From positions 3,178,735-3,242,734 of the forward strand of contig CM082592.2 of NCBI GenBank assembly GCA_040954595.2: a stretch of DNA of 64,000 nucleotides. The letters run 5' to 3'. Every line of letters starts with the position of its first letter. The first letter of the stretch is position 1. Below the pieces are notes generated by a model. The model did not search any database. It had not been told where the DNA came from and saw only the letters and a program-made list of their open reading frames with translations. Shown one piece after another: positions 52,201 through 64,000 of this stretch. Source of the DNA: Balanoglossus misakiensis. Taxonomy: Eukaryota; Animalia; Hemichordata. Both the position numbers and the translations under genes were made by a program.

Positions 52201-55010
52201 AGACAAATTAATGCAGATGACTAATTTATGAAGTTGTTGTATTTTAGATTGAACTTCGTGACAGAGAAGGGAGTCAAATGCCAGATGGTTGGGGAGTAGG
52301 CGCAAATGGAAAGGTAGGTTAAAACAGAATGTCTCTCACAGCGGTACACAAGCTGATATACAATTCAGGCAATAACGCCCTGCTGAGGATGAGATATACA
52401 CCAACACAATTCACGACTTCCCTGTATGTACAAGGCACAGGCAAGTTCATATATGGAGTGAATATCGTGGTACGGTATTGTGATGTGATACATGAGATAT
52501 TCATCAAGTCTGGTTTAACATCACATACCCCTCCTGTAACAGCAGATTTCTATTGGCCACTGACTAAGTCTCTTTTATATGAACTTATATATGTTATTCA
52601 ATATAATGGCAGTATTCAAATATTAGTGGACTACATACATTTCTCTTTTGGCAGAAATGTAGGGGAATGATGACATGTGTGAGAACTTTTATCCAAAAGC
52701 AAATACAAGTACAGACTTGAGAACAAAGTGATGATCATTCATAATCCGCTGAATGTCATATGGGAGAAGGGCCCTACTCAGTTCACTGAAGCTAACACAC
52801 TTCAACCATATGTCCAAGCCGCATAATAACATTTGGCAATTTCTTGGATGTAAAATTAAGAAATTATTCCTATATGGGCAATGAAAGTCTTATTAAAGCT
52901 CTCTTAACATTATTCTGTTTCATTTTTTCAGCAAAGTAATGACCCCAAAGCTGTTCTTGATGGTGGTGGACTATTGCCTCTGGGAGGAACTGAAGAATCC
53001 TCAGGCTATAAGGTAAAAATTATAAGAGCAGAAGCCAGGAAGATAGAAATGCTCTTATAAAAACCCTTGTATTTGAAAATTGCATCCATTGCATAAACTG
53101 GAATGTGTTCACTCTTGAATAACTTTTTAGCTCTTCTGTCATAGTCAGGAATCTACTGGGCAAATTCTTTAGGGGGTTATGCTATGCATCATTTAGTCAG
53201 ACTATCCAGTAACATTCAAATCCTAATATGCATACAAAATGAGACGATTTTGTATTTTGTCACAGACAAATAGTTGGTACTAAGACCTTTCTGCAGCTGA
53301 GCTTTTGTAAGGTTTCATGTATTAGGCAGAAATGTCCCAATCACAAAATTGCATGCACTCACTGGGGGACTTTCCAATGTGAATGTAGGGCTATGGTCTT
53401 GGAATGATGGTGGAAATATTTTGTGGCATTATGGCTGGTGGTGCGTTTGGTCCGAACGTCAGAAAGTGGAAAGAATCCGATCGAGTTGCTAATTTGGTGA
53501 GTACTCCCACGTAATTTTTAGTTTTAAATTGCACATTTGACACAGCAATTTCCCATACGCATATCAACAATTATGTCCATTTTACTGTTTTTACACTGTT
53601 TTAGGGTAGTAGATTTAGTTGGCGGAAGCGACACGCCCCATCATTAAATTGAAACGCATATCACCCGTACCGCGCGTAGGTAAGACCCAATTTGATTAAT
53701 GCTCTGAAAAAATGTGTCGGCTACTGCCGACATGTATTAAAACAGGTCAGAAATCTTGTAGCAAATTATAAATCAATGCAAGATATCTTCCTATATATTT
53801 TTTCAACCACAGGGACAATGTTTTGTAGCTATTGATCCAAGTGTGTTTGCACCAGGATTTACTGACAGAATGCAATCTTTGATTGATGTCTGCAGAGGTC
53901 AACAACCAGTAAGTTAATTGTTTTTGTTTACTAAATATATGATTGTCTTCTTTTTACTGCTTAAGGGACATTGTCAGTTGTTTTACTAATCTTGGGTAAT
54001 TTTTAACTCCCACAGAAGGCACGGCAACACCTTTATAGGCCACCATGTTTAACCTGTACTCATAGAGGGCGCTAGATGTAAGGATAGCCTAATGAATCTC
54101 GATGGACGAATTACAGAGAGGGGGGGGGGGGGGGATATTGCGATTACTCACTGGTCGAACATTTGGAGGTTGCCGAAAAATTGATTTTCCAAAGAATAGT
54201 GGTTGGTCAACCTAATGGAGCAGTAGAATTACTGGATTGATTAGGGTTGAGTCATCCCATTTGGTCGTGCATCGAAAATTCTGTGAAGAAATGTTGGTCC
54301 AAAAACCAGTATGAATTAAAGCTTTGATACTGTTTGTACATACTGTGGTCCTGGTGTAGATGCCATTAATGAAGGATTGCATGTATACATGCCGTTGGAA
54401 ATAGACAAATATAAGACTTAGTATAAATATAACTAATATTAATTATAACTAATATGTCACCCTTGAATCAATTCTGATCAAGTTGGAGCACATTGACCCT
54501 GATGCTATTTTGAAAGTAAATACAATACTCAGCTTTCACCTCATGTTTAATTGCAGTCTGTTTTTTTGTAACACTTTTACACGATAAATTTGTTCTCTAG
54601 GCTGAAGGTGAGACTGAAGTACTTGTACCAGGTGATCCAGAGAGAAAAAATATGAAGAAAGTGGAAGAAGAGGGTGGACTTAAATATCATGTCAATTTAA
54701 TCACAGCTATGGTATGTAATGTACTGTTTATTGATTGTCTGTTTGTCTTTTTTCTCTCGCGTGATAGCAAGATAATGTTATCGTGCGATCTGTGTGTGTG
54801 TGTCTCTGTCTGTCTGTCTGTTCATGGCTTATTTGTGCTTTGATGAGAATTTCCCATATTTATATGTCTTTTCAGCAAAAATTCAATATGTTTAATCATT
54901 TGTTATTAAGTCGATTATAAATTAAAACATTTATCGATTTTGTTATTTTTTAGGATAAAGTAGCAGGTGACTTGAAAGTGGAGAAAATGAAGACAAAGGA
55001 ATACAACTAA
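49219..55010 (+). CDS. Ldh_2-family (type 2 malate/L-lactate dehydrogenase; YjmC/AllD/ComC-like) oxidoreductase, ~366 aa; exons 49219-49238 (first exon uncertain), 50290-50447, 50970-51158, 51306-51421, 51910-52008, 52248-52313, 52932-53012, 53389-53496, 53813-53908, 54601-54711, 54954-55010
   Basis: Family motifs ADLRGHYSHGMNRL, VDGCNVLGPVVG, GSNHYGIAGWY, FTNTSPLVVPTRA, LGTNPISCAAP, FVLDMATSSVALGK, LLPLGG..SGYKGYGLGMMVE, VLVPGDPE; all GT-AG with consistent phases. Confidence 0.9.
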
Positions 55011-57789
55011 ACAAACTTCTGAAATTTCAATGATGACATTATCAATTACTGTATAATTACTTAAGATTGGTACGAGTGCCAAGATTCCTTTACAGGCTGG
55101 CATCTGAAGTTACTCGTACACAAATGTACACGACTTAATAGTTGGCATGACAATTGTATTTCAAAATCAGTGAAGAAATAGTGTCAGAGAGCACAGATTC
55201 CCCGGGATAATTATAACCCCGCTGCATGTTGGAGTATGCGATAATGCCAAAATCAGTACCAAAAGAATTCATAAGTACTCAAATTCAGTTGGAAATTCTT
55301 ATCTCGTATTATTCTGTGTAACATTCTGTAAAACACTTTATTTTCGCGAGTTGAAATTTTCACGATATCGAGAGAGGCCAGTATTTCTCTTCTTATAGAA
55401 GAAAGAACATCCATGTATTACAAAATCTGTGAAGAGGAAGATAGTCTTGAACACATATGATATTTTCATACTGTAAAATACTCTGAAACTTATTATGAGT
55501 AAACTTGTAAAGTCCAAATGAATCTAAAAGAAGAACACATTGTACTTTATTGATATGTACCTGTACTAGAGGCTGTTGAAGACTTAAATTTTTAAACTTT
55601 TTAATCTTAGTTGCTAATAGATAATACCAATCTGATTAAAATCAGATATAGATTTTGGCATTGTCCTTACCTTCAGTGATTTGGCTGTTCTGTTTCGTTT
55701 GGGTGCCACAAATCAGCAAAGGTGGAGATTGCACAAACCCTACATCTGACTTTTAATCATATTGTGGACCGTAAACAAATACTGCCAATATGAAAAGAAA
55801 TATCCCAATAGGCGATTTTCTAAAACACAATCTTAGTAGTAGAACATCTATGACTATATATCCAACTCATTCAGACATTGGAAGGTGCATGCTAAATGTG
55901 AAGAGAATGTTGCTGTTTGTAGCATTAATTACTTTTATAGTGAAAATACTCCTCTTGTAGATGTGTATACACGGGGAACAGAGGAATAAATCGTGCTGTT
56001 GTTGTTGATGATGATGATCATGATGATCATGATAATAAATTTTCTTTTTAAAAAATAATGTGTCATTTCTTGCTGTTTGTCGATGTTGTAAATTAATAAC
56101 TGTAAAAGAACACTATACTATTGATAAAGGATAATCTATAGATCGCCCAACATCATACATGTATAATCGCCCAGCGTCAGTCCTAGCTTAATTATTACTA
56201 ATGCAGATAAATTGTCATCTTACTTCAATCATGTGTATTTATTGTATCATCAAAATTACACTAAGTTCCCGAGGCACAAACATTTGAACATATTTACAAG
56301 TATGTGCCCCAACTGAAAATGCACTGGCATGATGTGTCATGTGTTCTAAAGTAGAAATAATGATTTTGATGATGATTATCTGATGTACAACATAATTTTT
56401 TTAATCCACACGCTGCAAAGGACTGTAAAAGTTGTTTGGGAGAAAAAACTACCAAAATGAGGAGTGCAATAAAAAATTGCCAGAAATCAGAGAGTGAATA
56501 TGACCTGAGTGGACCGGGTAAAAAAAGTGCCTAATCAATCTTTTCGACTCCCAGGTTATAAAATGGTTCACCCCTAAGGTCATGACCTCAGTGGAGACCG
56601 CCCCCAACTGTGTACGGTTGCGCTGTTGATACTGACGTTGGTGGCGTGTTACTGCATTCGATCAAAATGCTCAATGTTTGAACGTTTTTGCTCATAGAAA
56701 TTCATGTGATCCATTTTTGCAGTAATCTAAATTATTGAAGAAGAAAATTACCTGAAAATGGATTGCAGCCCGCAAAATAGCGCATAAGCATGATCTAGTC
56801 GATTGACCAATCGATCATTGACAGGGTAAAATTTGGATTCAAATGTAGTTTCAGATTTGCATCTGCAGTATTAAAAACAATTCACGAGTTCACAATATTG
56901 CAAGTTTGAAAAATGATATTTTTTTTATTAAAACCATTTTCAGCTCCATAATCCATTGGCCAAAAAGGCCCACATTATTATTATTACATCTTTATTTCAG
57001 ATTATAAAATAATCCATAGCAAAACTAAACACCATAAAAACATCAAAACAATCGTCTACTCCAAACCTTCCAAAGTCCACTATTTGAGAACACTGATAGT
57101 GATAAAACACTGGCTACAAGTGGATTACTTGAGAGGTGGAGTCTGCTTAAAAAGCTGAATGATTTTTTCCGGGGTATTTCATCAAAAGTTTAAATAGAAA
57201 GATCAACAAACATCGCACTGTTGCTCTGAATAAAAGAATGTTTAAAACCAGACAATTTACGGAAAACCTGGGAGTAAGCTCTCCTAACTGATTTAGACCA
57301 TATGAAGAGAAAATAATTTTAGGGTTTGACCTTTCCATTCCGCCCTGTTCCGTTTAGGGACCGTTCAGCTTTTACCGCTGGGGAGGGGGGGGGCAAGTTT
57401 GTGTCATCGGTTTTCAAAATCAGGCCGACCCCCCCTTCACCCAGCACCAAAAAATGATGACCCCCCCCCCTTTGACAGACCCAAAAATATGATGACCCCC
57501 CCCCCCACGCCGAAAACATTCGCCGTCCTGATCCTATGTACACTGTGTCCAATAAAGGAAATGAGGCTCCTCACACCTCAATTATAAATTGCTTAAAAGT
57601 AATTGAAGTATATAATAGTATATCGTTGCAATAAAGAAATCTATGATCAAAATAAAATGACAAGGCAATACAATAGTTGCTAGAATTGGTAAAACAAGAA
57701 AAGTGGTGGGGGTGGGCGTGGGAGGGGGTGTCCCCCTCCCACATAAGAAAATGTTGTAAAATACGGTGCTCAAAGTTGCATTTTATGCA

Positions 57790-60070
57790 GTTGGTCTTTA
57801 TTCAGTAATTCCAGGCCGTCGGCCCAATATACAATAAAAATTTCACTACATCTTTAAATGACAGGAAGACATATGACAAAAACCTATATTGGAGCATTAT
57901 TGTACATTTTCAATATCTTTTCTGCATATCATTGCATGATATGTAAAAGCTGCTAATCTCTGCAACAAATCAGTATTATTTTATGACATCAAATCAACAA
58001 ATTTTCTTTCAGATGGTGGTGTAAAATAAGAAGCTGGTAAATATTTCTTTCTTAGACCATCAAAGAAGGGACAAATTAGTACAAAATGATACTCATTTTC
58101 AACCTCATTTCGTTCACATAATACACAAAGTCTGTCCATTCTGTCAATGTTGAACTTTCTATCAGTTTCTATTTTAGGTAATGAAATGAGCACCTTAATC
58201 GTGCCAACATGTTCATATGTTTATAGACCTTGACAACTGAAAGGTATTTTTCTAGTACAAGTAATGTTTTAAATTCTCTGTAACATGAAAGTTTGTCACT
58301 TGTACAAATTTCACTATACCAATTACAATACAGAATATATTTCCCACAAATAAATCCATGAAACTTTTCTCGTCAGAAACTTCTTGTTTTTCCCAAACAT
58401 CCCTTAAATTGCACTGATAAAGAATATTTTTAATATGATGTATCCATGTAGGTTTTGTTCTTACACCTGATTTATCAATACGGTATAACATTTCATAACA
58501 TTTCTTAGGATATCTAGTACTATCCATTTTTAACAGTTTGACCCAATATTTGATACATTTCTTAGCTGTGTAAAATTAAACCGGATACCGCCCACATTCT
58601 CCAAGAACAGCAGCATTTGAAGTATTGCAAGAAACACCCAAAAATAGTTTACAAGCTAAATATTGAACACGCTCCAAATTGTCATATTTTGTGTAGCCCC
58701 ACACTTCAGAACCATATGTTATAATAGGCAATACCATAGCATCAAAAATTTTGAAAAATACATCACAACTAAAATTTCCAGTCTTTGTGTTGGCTCTTGT
58801 AATACCCATCAACACTTTTTTCGCTTGTAAGGCAAGAGTTTTTGTAGCAGTAGACCACTGTAATCTATTAGAAAAAATAACACCGAGATACTTATAGAAA
58901 GAAACAACACAAAGCCTTTCTCCATTAAAGGACCATTTCTCGGTCTTTGAAAGGCACCCACCCCCTTTAAATACAACAACTTTTGTCTTGTCTAGATTAA
59001 CTGACATTTTCCATTTAATACAGTAAATATTCAAGCGGTTCAAACAATAAACACATTATTTCAACTATATCAGGTGAAAGTTGAACACCGCGAAGACCGC
59101 TCCCATGTATATCTTTTACCAGCTCATTTATGAAAAAAGAAAGTAAGAAAGCGCTTAACATGCACCCTTGTCTAACTCCTATTGGACAACCAAAATAATT
59201 TGTATATTTGTAATCGGTGCGAACACATGATTTACATCAACATACATCGCATGAATAAGTTTGAACATTTTTCCCCTGACTCCACCCTTTAAAAGTACAT
59301 ACCATAATCTTTGCCGTTCAACAGTGTCGAAGGCTTTTGAGAAATCCACAAAAGCACAATAAAACTTGCCCCGCTTTCTAGAAAGATATTTCTGTATGAT
59401 AGAATGTAAAATAAAAATATTATCTGTAGTGGAATAGCCTCTTCGAAAACCTGCTTGTGATTCATCAATCTTAAACTATAAGTGTATGTGCCCAAAATGA
59501 AAGACGATTATTCAAAACAGAAGTAAAGATTTTACTGAAAATCCTTAACAATGAAATACCACGATAATTATTTGGAGAGTCAGTCGGACCATTTTTATGA
59601 AGACGAATGATAATTGCTCTTGACCATTCTTTTGGAAAAATACTTGAATCAAAAAGTCTGTTAACCATAACATTCAGAAAGGGTAAAAGAAAGTGACTTG
59701 TAGATTTAAAAAATTCACCCAGTATGTCGTCAGGGCCTGCTGATTTTCCATTTCTGAGCTTTTGTATAGCAGTTTCTATTTCATTGTTTGTAATTGGAGC
59801 ATTTAAAATATCACAACTTATTTCTGACTCTTCCGAGAATAATTCATCTACACAACCTGACAGCTCATGTGAAAAATCAGAAAAAGTGGGGTCATCATCT
59901 ACAGAAACATTTTGGCTGAATAAATTCCTATAGTAGTCATAATAACCTCAGGGTGAATATTATTATGAAAACGGCGTGTTGAAATTAAACGCCGTACATT
60001 TGCCCAGAAACTCTTAGGATTTGTTGTTGAAAAAGTTGACAGCTTTTCTCTTTCAGCATGACAGGTTTTC
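57790..60070 (-). mobile_element. Degraded LINE (CR1/L2-group) reverse transcriptase region and 3' end
   Basis: Minus-strand fragments KSAGPDDILGEF, HKNGPTDSPNNYRGISLL, QAGFRRGYSTTDNIF, FVDFSKAFDTV, GVRQGCMLS, VNLDKTKVVVF, YKYLGV, YGSEVWG, AVLGECGRYP, RLCVLCERNEVENEYHFVLICP. Multiple frameshifts, the catalytic xADD segment appears deleted near 59040, and AATAAA lies at 57797-57802 (minus). Confidence 0.9.
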
Positions 60071-60343
60071 CTTTACAAGATTTGAGAATTTAAATTCCTT
60101 CTGTGGACACCACACGTACTTACGTGATGCCTTTGGGTAATCTCCCAAGTTGCTTTGACAATTGCATACAATACTATTCAGCCGCACATTTTAACTGTTA
60201 AATTATTGTCTCATTTTAACATTCATCCTCAGGTTGTTAGTTGGGTTTTTGACTTTTTAAGAAATATAGATCACAACAAGTTCGTGTAAATTGTACTTTT
60301 TCTGCTGTATGTATTTCATCTACTTGCACTGGTAGTTGTACTT

Positions 60344-61171
60344 TCAGCTATTGGTGTTTTTCTTTGGCACTTTTTCAGATGTTCAATAAATATTGCCTTC
60401 CGTGAGAGGAGTTTCTGGCAAACCAGGCAATGGTAGTGTGCATGATTCTTCTCAACTCCTGTACACAGAAGATGGCACTCAAAAATCACATACTCTGTGG
60501 AAAAAATAGTACTTTATTGTTATAAATACATGTTTACAATGTATAATTGAAGTTACCTCTCCATAATTCACTATCAACTTCATAATGCAAAAAAAAACAA
60601 AAAAATTAAAAACCTGTCCCAATTTTTATGTATTTGTTTGCAAGAGTGTCAGCATTATAAATCTGGCCAGAAATTTTATAGTTGACACTTCAATGATAAG
60701 AGCCCACTAAAAAGAGAACATAGCTAATGATGTCCCAAAGACTGGAAGAGTTGTGTTTTAAATTGTACAATGTATTGGTTCATCTGTAACATTACTTCTA
60801 GTCAAATACAAATTGTTATTTTTATCCTGAAATCCTGTAGGATTAACTCTAAGTCTTACCTCCACAATTGACAGCTGACTTATTATGTGTAGCGAAGTGC
60901 TTCGTAACTTTATTAGTCTTGGAGGTAGGCTTAAATAGCCTCACTGGGCATATCTTGCAGTAGATCGACACACCATTATTTGTAGCAGCCATAATGCTAT
61001 CTGCATCGCCCTCTTTTTGTATTGAAGCGTGCATCCTTAAACAAGAAAGAAACGCTGTGATTTTAGTAAGTATATCAAACTTCTTTAGTATGTGTGTATA
61101 CATATACAAAAGAACGTTTGATATGTACTTATCAATGCTTACTTTTGTAAAAGCTGGGAAGACATCAACAT
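60344..61171 (-). CDS. Small spliced zinc-finger protein (~118 aa), resembling the N-terminus of KDZ/Zisupton-type transposon proteins; exons 61143-61171, 60860-61035, 60344-60494; may be a truncated pseudogene
   Basis: Donors GTAAGC and GTAAGA, acceptors TTAAG and CACAG, phases 2 and 1 match. Product MLMSSQLLQK-MHASIQKEG..IYCKICPVRLFKPTSKTNKVTKHFATHNKSAVNCGEYVIFECHLLCTGVEKNHAHYHCLVCQKLLSRKAIFIEHLKKCQ has CxxC-HxxxH and HYHCxxC-HxxxC clusters. Confidence 0.6.
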
Positions 61172-61518
61172 CCACTCCGTAACAAGTTGGTCAGTACGCA
61201 TGCGCTGTGAACTGTGACATGAACTATGACATGAACTAGCGACTGATACTGACGTTGGTGGCGAACGTTTTTATGGCAAGCCAAACGTTGCAATATTCTT
61301 GAAAAACTATTTTCTTGTTGTATAATTTTATTTTTATTCTTCAATTTCACGTTTGCTTTGGTCAAATTATATTTGTGTTCTTCAAATCTATATTTGTGTT
61401 CTCCGAATTTATATTCTTGTTCTTCAAATCCAGGTTGTCTATGCTCAAACACGCAACAAATCCGAAACCGAATCCGAGGCTAAGTTCAGCCCCGGTTCAC
61501 AGAGAGCATAGTTTCAAA

Positions 61519-62900
61519 ATGGCGGCCGAAGTAGCTGAGAAAACCATGAAGACTAACAAGCCCCTTTCACAAGAACAGATAATCGGAGGATTCAACATGC
61601 TACGACAGGAACAGAGACAGATGGCGACGAAGATTGCTGAATTAGAATCTGAACAAGCAGAACACAGGTAGGTTATTCATTAAGGTAACCCAAGTCGTTT
61701 CGACCTCCGTTTTTCACGTCCCACAATCCACATGTCCCAAGTCGTTTCGGCCCCGACACCCGGTACCCAAACCGTTTCATCACTTAGCAGCCGATTAGCC
61801 CAACTAAAACTTGGCTCCAGGTCGCTCAAGTACATGCGCCACCTGACTCACTTTGCCTAGTTCAGTACAGGTAAATTTATAGTGAAACCACGACAAAGCG
61901 AGCGTGAAACTGACGTGAGCATTGGGCGTACGTCAGTTGTCAGTAGGACTGAAATGGGATGACATGACAGTAAGACTAAGAGAGCGATGTCAGTGGGATC
62001 ATGGAAGTAAATGGTGGGATTGACATGAAACGGCTAGAAGGGTATGAATTTGCCCCTTTCCCCAGTCCGGTCTGCTTGATTCAAACTTTGATGGCGTTAC
62101 CACTTAAATTTTATTTTAAACATTCTTGATCAGAGATACATATCATGTATGGTACATGTACATTCACTGATTGAAGCACTCATGGACTTCAGTATTATCA
62201 GTATATTACATGTATTGATGAGAGTTGTAAGAATTGTCCATTCCTCCGTAATCCATGTACATTGTATGTTAATTTCTTGATATCTAGGGCTGTAGTTGAG
62301 ACCTTGAAAGATGTCAGTGGTGACAGACGATGTTTTCGACTGGTTGGCGGTATTCTGGTTGAGAGAACAGTGAAGGATATTTTACCAGCTCTTGAAACAA
62401 ACAGAAATAAGGTCAGTGTTTTTTTCCAGAATTTTCGTATATACAAGAAGTTACCATGAAAATTCAGTTGAGCAATAGGGGAAATGCCGCGGTCAAGATC
62501 TTGAAGATGCAACACTTTGTTTTGCTTGTGTCTCTGGGAATAAAGCATCAGAACACACTCAAAATATGTGCACATGTTTCCGGACACGGGCACTACATTT
62601 ACATACATGTAGGCCACATTTGGCCAGCATCAACAGAATGAGTTGTAGTCTTTTCAGTTCTGTGTTCAGACATGTACATGTATATAGCACAATAATAATC
62701 AGTAAAATTGTTGTGCTTTGTTCTTGCAGCTTGGCCAGTTGGTTGAAACATTAAATGAACAAGTAATGAAGAAAGGCAAAGAAATTAACGAGTACAGAGA
62801 CAAATATAATATAAAAGTGAGAAGTGATCCTGTTAGTGAAGAAGAACAAGAGAAGAAGGAGAAACCCGTTTCACAAGGAGTCTTAGTCGGCAATGATTGA
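61519..62900 (+). CDS. PFDN2: Prefoldin subunit 2; exons 61519-61667, 62288-62411, 62730-62900 (147 aa)
   Basis: QIIGGFNMLRQEQRQMATKIAELESEQAEHR|AVVETLKDVSGDRRCFRLVGGILVERTVKDILPALETNRNK|LGQLVETLNEQVMKKGKEINEYRDKYNIK..SQGVLV; AATAAA at 63184 and 63429. Confidence 0.96.
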
Positions 62901-64000
62901 ACATTACTTCCCTTTATGAGGTTTACTGTGCTCTTTTGTTTATATTGTTGTACCATGAGATCTGTCACTGCTTTTTTATACTTAAACAAGAAAATTGTAA
63001 AGGAAGGTTTGGGTTAGCTAGGAATGCATTACTTGGATGGTCAGTGAAGACAAGGACAAATCAATATGATAGATATTGTGCGGACACTTCTGTATTTATC
63101 ATCAAACTGCAGTTATAATATGTTTATTATTTTTTTGAGCCCTAACATAAGAGCAGCATATAACATCAATGTGTAGATAATCCAATAAATTATTCTTTCT
63201 GTAAAAACTAGATGTAACTGCTGTACTGAACCGAACTTCACAGGCAAAGATAACATGGCCCAATTCAAGAAAATGTTACCTGCATTTATTTTTATTGCTG
63301 AAAGATCTATTGAAAAGGACGAACCTGCAACTATTTGGTAATGCCAAAATCCATAACAGCATGCTTTCATTTCATGATGGACGACAATATTCTTGGGATA
63401 AGTTTAAAAACATTGGCAAATTAATTTGAATAAAATGTTTTTTATTTTATTTTAACTGTGTGTTTAATTTGGCGTATGTTTTCGTGAGCTCTTCAAAGAG
63501 TATAGACTCACTTGCCAAGTTGTCAGTCTACCAACCAGCTGCACCAGCTAGTATAGTGAGGCAAGTTTACATTATCTGTTTGACCAAAGGGACACGTTGG
63601 GTCATGATGTGATTGTATTGGAAATACTGGGCAAATAACTACTGGTCGAATACGCCATTGTCACCGATGATCGTTTTATCCACAGTCAGCTGGTGAATCA
63701 TAAGACTAGTACCATACCTAGACTGAAAGATTCAGGACCGAATCTCTCCATACATTGTATCATACGATACGTACAAAATGCCTGTACTTTGGCATTCGAC
63801 TGTGCTTGTTACCATTTCTGCCACTGGTGGCGCTATGCATTCCAATCCAGACAAACTGAGGCCATAACTGAGGCAGGGTACCAGCCAAAGTAAACTACCA
63901 CAGTTCGTATAGAATCTTGTAAATCTTGTACAAAAACTTGTCAAACCATGGTCTTGATATTCAGATGTAGCCGAAACGATGTAATTGTTAATTTCAGTAT

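Noticed and set aside
49219-55010. Bacterial contamination or recent horizontal transfer of the Ldh_2 gene
   Set aside because: Ten spliceosomal introns and host-like composition indicate a long-resident nuclear gene.
61165-61452. 95-aa minus-strand ORF with FEEHKY repeats
   Set aside because: Arises from ~21-bp imperfect tandem repeats in the PFDN2 upstream region; no recognisable domain.

Overview
AT-rich, intron-dense animal genomic DNA, probably from a marine invertebrate (a deuterostome such as a hemichordate is my inference; the species cannot be read from the sequence). I reconstructed six spliced host genes by hand from GT/AG boundaries and reading-frame continuity: the 3' part of MNT (+), SSR4/TRAP-delta (+, 6 exons), SGSM1/2 RUN-TBC Rab-GAP (+, 21 exons), SEL1L3 (-, 23 exons, one GC-AG intron), an Ldh_2-family (YjmC/AllD-like) oxidoreductase (+, 11 exons) and PFDN2 (+, 3 exons). 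A seventh small spliced zinc-finger gene lies head-to-head with PFDN2 and resembles the N-terminus of KDZ/Zisupton-type transposon proteins. Introns and spacers carry a degraded DIRS-type tyrosine-recombinase retroelement, two LINE fragments, SINE remnants, several MITE families (TA, TTAA and 9-bp target duplications, one nested pair), Helentron/DINE-like elements with an internal 238-bp satellite, and a ~110-bp tandem array. No rRNA, functional tRNA or CRISPR was seen. All family assignments come from motif recognition, not from database searches.
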